Below are positions 50,716 to 62,823 of a DNA stretch of 64,000 bases, one piece after another (the first letter of the stretch is position 1; every line of letters starts with the position of its first letter). The stretch is from assembly GCF_018350175.1 (NCBI RefSeq), contig NC_058374.1:126976001-127040000 (forward strand), in the 5' to 3' direction. The stretch comes from Felis catus (lineage: Eukaryota). Both the position numbers and the translations under genes were made by a program. The notes beneath the pieces were generated by a model. The model did no database searches and was not told where the DNA came from. It saw nothing but the letters and a program-made list of their open reading frames with translations.

Positions 50716-53495
50716 TAAGATCTGCCTTGGCTCGGGATGGCCAAAGAGAGGAGCTCCTCTGGCCAACACCACCTTGCAGTGGGTGGGTGCTTTCTCCAGA
50801 GTGGCAGAGGGGTACAAGAGGGGAGCCATGCTGGTGGTCACAACTGCACAGTGCCCAGAAACTCGCTGGAGGGGTCCAGGTTGGAATCTTGTGCTCCAAG
50901 GGGTGTCTGAGACCCAGGGGGGGTCTTTGAAATGGGTTTGCATAGGGTTGATCCAGTTTGGGTTAAAAACGGCCTGGGTCAGAAAGGTGGATCTGCAGAT
51001 TCTGAAGGCGTAAAGGACTCTGCTGTGCAGGGTGGCTCCCTTGTGAAGGCAGCTTTGGGGGAGACCAGCTCCTTGGGTGGGAGGTGTCTTCATTTCCTCC
51101 TGGCTGCCCTGGGGACTCCCTTGGGGAACCGTAAACACCTGCTCAGCTGAAGTGGGTCCTGAGGTGGCCAGGAGACTGGCTGGCTCAAGCAGAATTAAGG
51201 GAAAGGGAAGAAGGGAGGGTTTCCAGGGAGGGGACACTTCCTCAGACACAGCTTCTGACCCTCCCAAGCACATTCCCTCCACTTCTCTGTGCCTCAGCTT
51301 CCCTTTCTGTAAACCAGTGGCTGAACTAAGTTGTTCCCAGGTCCCCTTCTGTCTGGAAAGCCCCAGGACAGTTTCACCCTCTCAGAGGCGGAGTATCAGA
51401 AACCACGCTGGGAACACCCCACAGAGCCCATCTCCCCACAGCGCCTCACAAGTCGGGCCCTGCTTCCACATGAGCCTGTTTGCTGCAACTACTCTAGTAG
51501 TGACCCATTTATCAAAAGAGTGGTTAAGAGAGTGGGCTCAGTGATCCAGAGAGTGGGTTCAAATCCTGGCTCTTCCAATTAAAAGTCAGAGGAGGGGGAG
51601 GGCCTTGGGAAAGCGCCCTAACCTATCCATGCCTCAGTTTCTTCATCTGAAAAATGCGGCTACCAAAAGTAAATCCTTCATAAGGCTGTTGGAGGAGTGA
51701 GTGAATTGGAACAGTGCCCAGCACATGGTAAATGCTCAGTAAAGGTTCACTTTTGCTTCTGTTGTAGATACTATCTGCATTTTGGTGGACTCAATGCAGT
51801 TTTCTTTTCTCTGTTAAATGGTTCCAAGCAATTTTGAAATGCTCATTGGCTGCTTTGCTGCTGCAGGAATGGACTGGGGCTTACTTGGGCTTCCTTTTAC
51901 AACCACGTCTCTTGGCTCTCATTTCAGGGAAGAGAATGGAGCGCAAGTTAGACAAAAGTTGCTGGGTTTTTGTTCCTGTTTTGTTTTTAAGAATCTCAAG
52001 TTAGCATGAATATTTCAATCCAGTCTGGAGTTAGCTTCATCAGGCATCCCACGGTCTAGGCCAAATCAGTGGGTACCCTACATGTATTTCCACATGCCGA
52101 AGATGCCCGAATTCAGGGGGCCAAATGCTCCTTGTCCCTGGGCAGAAAATAACTTCAGTCAGAGACACCAGGAGCGCTTTCTGTGAATGTGCAACCTTAG
52201 TGCTGAGAGAATGGGAGCCAGCAGCCTCAGCCTGTGGGGCATCTAGCTCTTAGGCATACCCCCCTGACAGCCTGCGGGACAGTGAGCATCTCTGACTTAC
52301 CCCCCGCCAACATGCACTTGACCCCCAGATGACTCCCTTCCAACTCCAGCTAGACAGCAGCTCCTCTGAGCTCCAGAACCTCCTCGTCCTAGTCAGCCTC
52401 AGTTTCCCCATCAAGTCTCACACTCTCAGACTGGTTCTTCTCATCACACCTTATTCTTTTCCACATAACACTTACTACAGTTGATAATCATAATTTCGTT
52501 ACGTGTTCGTTTATTGCCCGTCAGCTTCATGAGGGCAGAGAACACATCTGTTCTGGTCGTCCCTCCACACCTAATGCCAAGCTCAACATCTGGTGCTAGG
52601 TGGGGAGTCAGTAAATTTTTGTAGAGAGAACGAACGAACCCATCGACCTAGCTGCCCGTGGAACATGTCCCTTTGTGCGTGCTCACAACTACCCCACATC
52701 TGAAGTTATCATCTTTTCTCTGAAACCAGCTGTCCTTCCTTTCTCCCTCATCTTGAAGGGTGGCATCACCACCAACCCAGAAAAGTGGGCCTCGCCCCAC
52801 ACTCTTTCCTCCCCCTCACCCCGTCCTGCAGCCACTGGTCAACGTGTGTGACTGATGCCGCACCTGCAACATCTCTCATTGCTCTCTCCCTTCCTTCCCA
52901 GATTGCTGCCACTGTGTGGTTGGGTACCTTGTTCCCTCTTACTTCTGTACTGAATTGGATTTCTAAATGGTCTCCCAGGTTGTAAGGCTTAATATCCTCT
53001 GACCAGCTCCATCGTCCTCATAGCCATCAGACTGAAACTTCTAGAATAGGAATCTCATCATGTGATGTACTCCCTGCCCCCACACAACACCCGTGCATGG
53101 CCCCATTACATCTTCCCTTACACGGCTTCCACCTTCTCTTCTGGAATCCCTTTCAGAATTCAGAGTGTAGCTGGAGTGGCTATAAGTCTGGGAGACCATC
53201 TGAGGTTTCCAGACTTTCTGGGACAAGATGTGAAGATGCATGAGCTTTGAAGGAAAACAGAGTAAAGAGAACATGGCCCAAAATGCTATGGAGTCACTTC
53301 TGTCTCCGTCCTTCCCTTCTTCTTTGGTTGGTTTTTCAGAGGTCATCACAAAATGCCGAGTGGAACTTGACATTTTTTGAGTTGTGTTACTTTCGTCCTC
53401 TGGAAAGAATATGGATTTGGAAACCAGGCTGACCTTTGCCTTTGGGATGCTTTGGCTTTGCATTCCAGCTCTGCTTCTTCTGGATCTGAGACCTT

Positions 53496-54345
53496 TTTTT
53501 TTTTTTAAATATGAAATTTATTGTCAAATTGGTTTCCATACAACACCCAGTGCTCATCCCCGCAGGTGCCCTCCTCAGTGGCCATCACCCACTTTCCCCC
53601 CCTGCCCACCAGGAGCAACCTTCCCCCCCCCAGCTTATTCTCAGTATTTAAGAGTCTCTTATGGTTTGCCTCCTTCTGTCTCTAACTTTTTTTCCCCTTT
53701 CTCCTCCCCCATGGTCTTCTGTTGAGTTTCTCAGGATCCACATATGAGTGAAAACATATGGTATCTGTCTTTCTCTGCTTGACTTACTTCACTTAGCATA
53801 ATACTCTCCAGTTCCATCCATGTTGCTACAAATGGCCAGATTTCATTCTTTCTCATTGCCAAGTAATATTCCATTGTATATACAAACCACATCTTCTTTA
53901 TCCATTAATCAGTTGATGGACATTTAGGCTCTTTCCATAATTTGGCTATTGTTGAAAGTGCTGCTATAAACATTGGGGTACAAGTGCCCCCTGTATCCTT
54001 TGGGTAAATTCCTAGCAGTGCTATTGCTGGGTCACAGGGTAGATCTATTTTTAATTTTTTGAGGAACCTCCACACTGTTTTCCAGAGCGGCTGCACCAGT
54101 TTGCATTCCCACCAACAGTGCAAGAGGGTTCCCGTTTCTCCACATCCTCGCCAGCATCTATAGTCTCCTGATTTGTTCATTTTAGCCACNNNNNNNNNNN
54201 NNNNNNNNNNNNNNNNNNNNNNNNNNNNNNNNNNNNNNNNNNNNNNNNNNNNNNNNNNNNNNNNNNNNNNNNNNNNNNNNNNNNNNNNNNNNNNNNNNNN
54301 NNNNNNNNNNNNNNNNNNNNNNNNNNNNNNNNNNNNNNNNNNNNN
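53496..54345 (-). mobile_element. 5'-truncated felid L1 (5' part masked) with TSD
   Basis: ORF2 C-terminus including the Cys-rich motif ([26 protein letters not shown]); TSD atctgagacctt at 53484-53495 and 54346-54357. Confidence 0.95.
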
Positions 54346-56399
54346 ATCTGAGACCTTAAACAAGCCATTCTTCCTCATTGAACCTCATTGGCTGTAAAAT
54401 GAGAGTGACAGAAGTTTCATGGGACTGGTGTAAGCAGTGAATTCAAAATTGTAGCTAAGACTCTGGTGCCATGCCTGGCACAAAAGAAGCTCTCCTCTCA
54501 CCCCCCCAAAAGAGTAGCTGATACCATACATCTTTTTATTAGGGGGAGCCTCCAAAATGCTGTTACCGTTGTCCCTGCAGAAACCTGTGTGTGTATTTCT
54601 TCTAGACAGAAAGCTATTTCTCCTGCTCCCTGATGGAATAGGCCTTGGCATTTAGCATCTGAAATCACACATGGAAGGGCTTCAGAGGAGAGATGACTTC
54701 TGTTCTCAGTGAAGGGTTTACACCAGCTCCATTCCAAAACTTCTAAATAAGAAGTTTCCAGTGGGATATGGACTCTAATTTGGAGTTGTTTTTCTCTCTG
54801 TATTTCTCTCTCCTCACTCCCAAAATCAAACAACATTTCCTTAACTCTTTATTTTTATTCTGGCAATGTCAAGTAGGGCCATGGTGCTTATATGGTTTTT
54901 CAGTAGACTATATTCTTCAGAAAAGGGACTGAATATTATTTGCTTTTGTCCATGCCCAGCAGAAAGCCAGAAACATTTGTTGACTGAAATATGGATTGTT
55001 TTATACCTCAAATCATCTCTGCTTGTCAAAAGAGCCTTCCTTGGCTGGAGTATTTGGAAGTAGGCCTACATGCACTATTTTACTCTTTCATGTGGGCATA
55101 GCTTTAGAGTTGCTACATTTGTTTTGGATAGTTTCATTTTTCACTGCGGGATTTTTGAAGGAGCTCAGTGCCAGTGTGAAATTTCTATAGTTTAAGTTTT
55201 TCCAGAACTTTGGCGACTAGTTTTTGAGCTTCTAAAATCTTTCCGAGCAGCTCTTTGGGTCACTGGAAGCATGTACCAGGAACAGGTCCTGTAAAGAGCT
55301 GGAGGTCCAGAGTGAGACAGACAGGCATGACCCAGACCACATGGAGTAGAGACTAAGACTAAAAGGTCAGACTTAGAATCTTATTCAAGTCAAGTGTTGG
55401 CAAATTCAACATGGAGAAGGAAGAGGAGGAAAACATTCCGTATCAAGGAGAATCCAATCTTTGATATCACTGAATCTGATATGTGCCAAAGCCTGGTCAC
55501 TGGAGATTTATGATGCTCTGTGAAATACAATGCTGACCTTCCAAGTGCCTCCAGGAAGACAGTAGCTTCAGATTCCATCGAAAAAAATAAATTGCTGTTA
55601 ATTATGATACCCAGCCTTAGTTTGTGACCTAATTTTTTTAATCCCTTAATTCAGTTTATAATAAAGCTCCCTGAGGGAAACAATCTGCCTCTTATATGTT
55701 TTTCTAGAACCCAACATAGTATTTTGGGACATTACACAGGCTTAACAAGTGTTTGTTAAGTTAGTTAAAAATAAATACAACCAATGTCATCAACAAAGCC
55801 TGTTTTGTATTGGAGCATCGGATGTTTTACAAAGAAATCTTAGTTCAGATGTCATCTTTATTTCTGGCTTTCATTTATTCAATATTTTTCCAATATTTTG
55901 AAGAATTTTCTAAGAAATAGGTAATTCTACTTAATTTTTTCCTAGGACAGAATCTTCAATAATTTAAATTCAATATCAAAATAAACATATCATACTATCA
56001 ATCAATAAATAAAATCTTTCAGGTACTTCAGATATTTTTACTCAAAAGACTCAGATAAGTTTTGTAATATTTATGATTAGGCAATATTTGTTTTATTATA
56101 TGTTTATATACAATTATATACTTATGATAAGGCAATGTTTATTGTGTAAGATTTATGATTAGGCAGTATTTATTTTAGTAATGATAAGTGTAAACATCTT
56201 AATGTAAATGTAAAAAACTCAGATCTGAGGCTACTGAATTTAAATAGAATCATCTTAAGTCTGGGACAAGGTTTTCCTCCCCTATATCATTACTGGAAAT
56301 ATCAGTGATTCCTAGATGTGTTTGGCCATGGATGATTTCAGTAATGGCCAAAAAATGAAAAAAAAAATAGCAGGATAAATTGGACTATTTTGTTGCCTG

Positions 56400-56705
56400 A
56401 GGTAGCTGGCATTGCCTGAGAGGTACAGAGATGTGTTATAACCAGAAGACTAGACAATTAGGTAGTTCTGTCCTCCCCCAGTCTCACTGAAAGCAAACAA
56501 AAACATATACTTAGGCAATCCCTTTTGCAAGCAGAACTATATAAACAGATGTGGTTCACTGTCTACCAGGGAAGCTGGACCTAAAACATGAGTATATAAT
56601 CACCAATCACCAACTGTTTGAAAGAAATGAAACCATCTTAACAAATGAAGAATTTACACTTGAAGAAACAGAGCTAATAAAGCAAACATAACAGACATTA
56701 GAAGT
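56400..56705 (+). mobile_element. Ancient L1/HAL1-like fragment
   Basis: A-rich ORF1-start-like stretch (gaatttacacttgaagaaacagagctaata); weak resemblance only. Confidence 0.3.
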
Positions 56706-57499
56706 TAATGGTACCCGAATACATCTTCCAAGACACTCACCCTACCAAAGGATCAGTCCAACACATCAGTTCTTGATGCTTTCTCATCTTTGGCATATAT
56801 GACAGGTGATAGTCTAAGGTTAACGTACTCCAGTGGACATACCAGGTTGTGTAGAATTCCAAGCACTGTGTTGTAACTCTTCCTCATTCCTTCCCCCTAA
56901 GGAGTGTATATCAGAATGCAAGTGGACAGAGATATCCTTGACACAAACAGCATTATTAGTAAAAATACTGTGTTGCAAAGGTTAAACCTACTATGACTGC
57001 TTAAAGCAGAAAGATGACCTCTGGGAGGCCCAGTTTAGGTAGATCCTTTCCTCTTCCACATCAGAATTAGATGTTGTGTTAATTCTCTAGCTCTTTTCTC
57101 CTGGAAATATGATAAAAATTTCAGTATCAACTACATTACCAAGCAGCATTGCTTATGGTTAGAGTAACTCTAGATTGGTAAAATGGTACTATAAATATTT
57201 GATAAATCTCCAGAGCTTTGGGCTTCCCTGATTTCATTGGCTCTTGTTGCTGGCAGTGTCCATGCATGGACCTTGGAAACTATATCTGTGGAGTTGCTAC
57301 AAGAGATAGTGGGGTTCATAAACCAGGATAGTTCTCACAGTCACCCAAGTGGATCTCATCTACTTTCACCTGAGTGTCACCCGGGCAGAAGATAGCTCTA
57401 GGATGGGTGGGTGAATTGCTATAAGGACTCCTACTGAAAGGAACATCTGATGCTATCCTGCTGGGCCATGTATGGCTTATGATAGTCCCATGAGTCTAA

Positions 57500-57830
57500 A
57501 TGTTTAGTAGAGCTTAAGAAGACTTCTGATGGGTGTTAAAGCCAGAAAAGCAGGCTTTGGGGCTGCACAACCTAGAGCAGTGTCCAAGTTGTACCCCAGG
57601 ACTGCTTCAGCAGATACCTCACACCACCAAGGCTGGGCATTGGACACTCCTGGCAGGATCTCTGTCACAGTTACCCATGAAAGCTGAATGTCTCTACCAA
57701 CACCCTTGTCAGCTTCATGTTCTATCTATGTCATACTACTTGCTTCCAAATCAGTGGTGCCTGGGTTATATGCCTGCACCCTAGCTGCAAAGGAGTCTGG
57801 GAAGTTGAATTTCTACCTTGTTGAACCATG
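57500..57830. mobile_element. Old MaLR LTR (MLT1-like) fragment
   Basis: ggttatatgcctgcaccctagctgcaaaggagtctgggaag motif. Confidence 0.45.
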
Positions 57831-58551
57831 GACTAATAATATGGGAAATTCTCTAAACACAGTAAGGTCATCAGTGTCTCCAGGCAGCTGCAAAATTTGA
57901 CAAAGTTTCACCACACTCTTCTAATTTATTTGTTTTTGTATAAATAACACACAAGTGAATCACGTGTTCAGTTGAGTACTTCTGACCATTGTTAGCCACA
58001 CATCTCACAACTGATTGGCTTACACAGCACAACTGAGAACCAAAATACTGCCTCAACATTAGGACTCCTTAGCCTAACACTCTGGGAACCTTGATAGCAA
58101 GGAGGAGAGAGAAGGACTGTTCCTGACATCCTAAGCAGGGATGCAGAATGCATTTTCCCAGAGGAGGAATGCTACTTCCTCATCTTCCCAAGGCCAGTGA
58201 TCATGTCCGGCACAAAAGTCCCATCAAATGCCCAGCCCAGTGCTGCTGAGTCCTGGAGAAATCCAGAGTCAATGGACAAATGGGGACACATGGAGAGGGG
58301 GAGACCTGTTTTCTGCAGCGCTGTAAGTGGGCTTTGGTGGATTGGCCTGGAATCCCAACACCCATGTAAATGGTTCTAAGAGGGAAAACATGCATGTTGA
58401 ATACTAAGCAATTAACTGGAGAGACAAAGTTTTAAAACAGGATCCATTCGTAACTTGAGCATTGCTGCATCTGGCACAAGGTGAAAGCAACTCTAATCCC
58501 AGTATTTTTCAAACTGTGGGTTACAGCCCGTTAATGGGCCATTAAATCAGT

Positions 58552-59005
58552 GCAGTGGAGAGATTGGCAAACAATGCCCCGAAGGCCAAATCTGGCCCAC
58601 TGCCTGTTTTTATAAAGTTTTATTGGGACACAGCCATACCTATTTGTTTACATATTATTTATGGCTGCCTTTGCATTTTTGATTAGCTGTGTCAGATGGC
58701 TCACACAGCTGAAAATATTCTTTGGCCCTTTCCAGTAAAAGTTTTTTTGACCCCATGGGGCGCCTGGGTGGCGCAGTCGGTTAAGCGTCCGACTTCAGCC
58801 AGGTCACGATCTCGCGGTCCGGGAGTTCGAGCCCCGCGTCAGGCTCTGGGCTGATGGCTCGGAGCCTGGAGCCTGTTTCCGATTCTGTGTCTCCCTCTCT
58901 CTCTGCCCCTCCCCCATTCATGCTCTGTCTCTCTCTGTCCCAAAAATAAATAAAACGTTGAAAAAAAAATTTTTTTTTTAAAAAAAAAAGTTTTTTTGAC
59001 CCCTA
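58552..59005 (+). mobile_element. MER58A interrupted by a SINE
   Basis: ttggcaaac...ggccaaatctggcccactgcctgtttttataaagttttattggg...aaaagtttttttgacccct. Confidence 0.8.
58757..58985 (+). mobile_element. Young SINEC_Fc1-like SINE with 18-bp TSD
   Basis: TSD aaaagtttttttgacccc at 58737-58754 and 58986-59003; nearly all CpGs intact. Confidence 0.96.
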
Positions 59006-60304
59006 ACGTTGTGGGTTGTGACCTAAATTTTTAATAAATGAACTACAGTAGGAAAAAAAAAAAGTTTTCATGAGGTAAAGTATGTTTTGTGAAACTTTTT
59101 TTTTTAAGTTATATGAATTTAACTAGAGTTGATTGATTTGCTTAAGGTCATGTAGCTAAAGTTGTAGAGCTAGTGTCTGAACCCTTGGAGTCAGGTGCTG
59201 GTCTGTGCTCACATTCATTAGGCTGTTCTGCTACCGATGGGGTTTGATTTAGAAGAAATAACATTTGGAAGCCTCATCCCTAATCCCTAGAATTTGTTTC
59301 ATCATCTTCATGAATGTTTATACTATATAAAACTAATATGTACATGCATTAAATAAAACATGGTACCTACAAAAAAAAATAAAGAAGACACTTTGAATCA
59401 CCCATAAGCACCATGACCATATAGGGTATATATTCTGTGTCTACATCCAAGTTGTTTGGTTATTTCACAAAATAAGGACCATATAGTACCTGCAGTTTTG
59501 TTGATCTGTGTCATTGAGTAGACTTCAAAAGCATGATTTTTCAAGGGACTCTTCCATCATTGGACATTTAAAGTTGAGAGAACTCCAAGAACAGGCATGT
59601 TGAACATGTTTTATGATGAAGAAGGTGAAACTGAGCCCCAGCGGGATGAGTGGACTTGTCTGGGGTCATAAATGCACTTGCAGTGGATTTGCAAGGCAGT
59701 GCCTCAGTGCCTTTGCACATGCTTTGCCTTCTTCCCAGAACACTGCCTCCCCTCTGTCATCTGGCTCACTGAGTCAGTTCATCCTTCAGGACTGATTTTA
59801 GGCATCACCTCCCCCAGGAACCCTTCCCTACCGCCTCAGGCCATGTAGGTGTTGAGGGCCTACCTCAGTGCATAGCATATAGTAAGTGCTCAATAAATGC
59901 TTGCAGAACTGAACAGAACTGGGTCTGAAACCCATGTGTTCCAACTCCTGGCCCAGAGAGCTGTGGTGACAGTGTCAACTCAGGCAGCCCTCAGGTTGGC
60001 ACCTGCTATATGCTTCACATGCTCCAGGCCTCAGTTTCCTCAGCTGCAAACAAATAATAATTCCTACTTCATGGGGCTGTTTCAATGACTAATGAACTAA
60101 CTTATGTCAGTGCCATACACACTCACTGGCCCATAGCAGAGAATCCATAAACGGTAGGGATTATTACTCTCTTAATTCAGGTTGACGTCTTATAGATATG
60201 TTCATCTATATAAGGCACTTAAAGTCCAGCATACATTAGGCTCTTTATGGATAATGCCCATTATTATTCTGTCATGGTGCTTGTAACCTGAACATACAAT
60301 GTAA

Positions 60305-60470
60305 CAGGGCTTCTCAAACGGTATTCACTAATGTGCATTGGAATCCCCTGGGATCTCATTAAAATGCAGATTCTATCCATAGGTCTGGGGAGGGCCCAAG
60401 ATGTTTCATTTCTAACAAGCTCCCAGGTGAGGTGATGCTGCTGGTCATGGGCCACGCTGTGAATAACAAC
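60305..60470. mobile_element. MER5A/B
   Basis: cagggcttctcaaac...attaaaatgcagattct...tttctaacaagctcccaggtga. Confidence 0.75.
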
Positions 60471-60958
60471 ACATCGTAGTTTTTTGTGTGTTTGTCATTC
60501 ATTTCCCCAACTTACTCCACCCCCCATTTTTAAGTTACATAAGGGCAAGAAATAAGCTTTTATGGCGATTTTTGTCCCTCTGGTCGAGCTTGGCACACAA
60601 TAGGCTTTGGGGGCTGCGTTGAGCCTCATGAGATGCTGGATCCCTCTGCCATTTGACGACATGAGCGGATCCCAGAGGTCAGACATGGCCAGCCTGCAGA
60701 ACTTTGGGGCTGCAACAGCCAAGGAAAGACACTGAGTGTCTGAATATAATGATCATCTTCAGCCTAACGAGGTGGCTCCTCTAAGGTGGCTCAGGGATAG
60801 CAAATTAGCGACAAGCGTGCAAGGGAAAGGTGAGGCGGGATTTCACAGGTGTCCAGTCTGGAGAGAGGCAGCAGGGCAAATCTGAAAGCTCACCAGCTTA
60901 ACACTGTTGAACACCTCTAGCCTCCAGGGCCTGTCAAATGGCTTCGACTCAGGAGTTT

Positions 60959-61169
60959 CCTGGTTGTTGTTGTGGTTTTAAGTTTATTTATTTGTTTTGA
61001 GAGAGAGAGCATGAGCAGGGGAGGGGCAGAGAGAGAGAGAGAATCCCAAACAGGCTTTCGCCGGCAGCACAGAGCCCCAAGTGGGGCTCAAACTCACAAA
61101 CCGTGAAATCATGACCTGAGCAGAAATCAAGAGTCGGAGGCTCAACTGACTGAGCCATCCAGGCGCCCC
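60959..61169 (-). mobile_element. CAN-SINE
   Basis: TSD tc(g/a)actcaggagttt at 60944-60958 and 61170-61184. Confidence 0.93.
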
Positions 61170-61439
61170 TCAACTCAGGAGTTTTTTCCAGCCAAGGAAG
61201 AGAGATTGCTCCTGACCACAGGTGACAAGCTGAGGGACTCGAGTTTAAGAACAACCTTCCCTCCCAACATGCAGGGTCAGTCTGATCAGATGCACGCACT
61301 GCACTTGTTCGTTTGAATATCCAGGCCATTTCTGAACCCCGGTTAACTGGCTGCCCCAGCAGTCTGCTCTGCTCTGACACACCTTCTCTTTGTTTTATTG
61401 GAAAAGAAGGAAAACCTCACCTTCGCGCACAGAGACTGG

Positions 61440-61660
61440 GGAGCTAGCACCATACTATCCAGTGTAGTAACCACCAGCCACGTGTGGCTGTTTGAATGTA
61501 AATGAATAAAAATTAAAGAGAACAGAAGCTTCAGCTCCTCAGTACCCCTGTCCTCCTTTCAAATGCTCAATACTTGCCTGTGGCGAGCAGTCCCCGCTCT
61601 GGACGGAGCGCCCCGATAGGCTGTCTCCAGCATCACAGAAACTTCTCTTGGACAGCCCTG
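61440..61660. mobile_element. MER3-like hAT relic
   Basis: ccaccagccacgtgtggctgttt...ttcagctcctcagt...tttcaaatgctcaata...catcacagaaacttctcttggacag. Confidence 0.65.
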
Positions 61661-61710
61661 AACGGGAGACTCAAGGCTGGTAGCACTCCCCTTTTAGAAA
61701 AACAGCCCAT

Positions 61711-61921
61711 GGGGGCACCTGGGTGGCTCAGTCGGTTACGTGTCCGACTTCGGCTCAGGTCACGATCTCGCGGTCCGTGAGTTCGAGCCCCGCGTCGGGC
61801 TCTGGGCTGATGGCTCAGAGCCTGGAGCCTGCTTCAGATTCTGTGTCTCTCTCTCTGCCCCTCCTCCGTCCATGCTCTGTCTCAAAAATAAATAAACGTT
61901 AAAAAAAAAAAATTAAGAAAA
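61711..61921 (+). mobile_element. Young felid SINE with TSD
   Basis: TSD agaaaaacagcccatgg at 61696 and 61922. Confidence 0.95.
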
Positions 61922-62664
61922 AGAAAAACAGCCCATGGAAACCCGCGCTCCCAAAGCAGTACAGTCTCTGCGAGAGACCAGGGACCAGCTGACCTGCCGA
62001 AGCGCATTTTACATCCTCTTATTTTGATCACCTTGCAGCCAAGTGCTTCGAAGCAACCATCACCATCACCACCCCAAATTTTACAAGGTGTTTGGGACGT
62101 GCAAGGCTCTCTTCTCAGCTCATTGGCTCACTGAGTCCTCGCAGAATGTCATGAGTGTGTTAGCACCCTTACACTATTGCTGTCTCTTCCTTCTCTTGAA
62201 GAAGGTCAAGCTCAGAGAGGTTGTGTAGCCCGCCCAGGTTACACAGCGAGTCAGGGGCAGACTCTTGCGGGAAGCTTGAGTCCAGAGTTCACGCTCTCAG
62301 CCGTGTGCCATGCCACAGGGACGGGAAGGACGGGGGGTTCCAGGGGGAGTGCGCGGTGTCCCTCTGAAGGTTAAAAACCTGAAAATCTCGAACCAGGGAA
62401 TGTTCTTGTTTTAATATGCTTCCCCCTCCTCTTCCCTTTTCCTTCTGGTATTTTCCCTGGCTGAGGCCTCAATAAATATTGCTCGTATAAGTGGAATAAT
62501 GATAATCAAATCACTTCATTTGATTAGACGGCAGTTAAACATCTCTGAGAAACATGTTTATCTCCTGGAACCAATTGCTATAAACCCAGAACCTACCTCT
62601 CCAGTCTTCATCTCAGTGCTACTTGAACTTTTCAGTTTTTATTTAATTTTTAAAACTTGCGGGC

Positions 62665-62823
62665 TTTTTTATTTTTTAGAAAGAGAGAGAGCAAGTGAGG
62701 GAGAGGGGCAGAGGAAGAGAGAGAGAGAATCTTAAGCAGGGCTCAATCCTGTGACCCTGGGATCACGACCTCAGCCAAAATCAAGAGGCAAATGCTCAAC
62801 CGACTGAGCCACCCAGGCCCCCC
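62665..62823 (-). mobile_element. CAN-SINE with internal deletion
   Basis: ...ctcaaccgactgagccacccaggccccc; body shorter than the other copies; aaaactt on both flanks. Confidence 0.88.

Noticed and set aside
56710-57490. Possible ERV/MaLR internal sequence
   Set aside because: No ORF or motif that I can confidently assign; needs a Dfam search.
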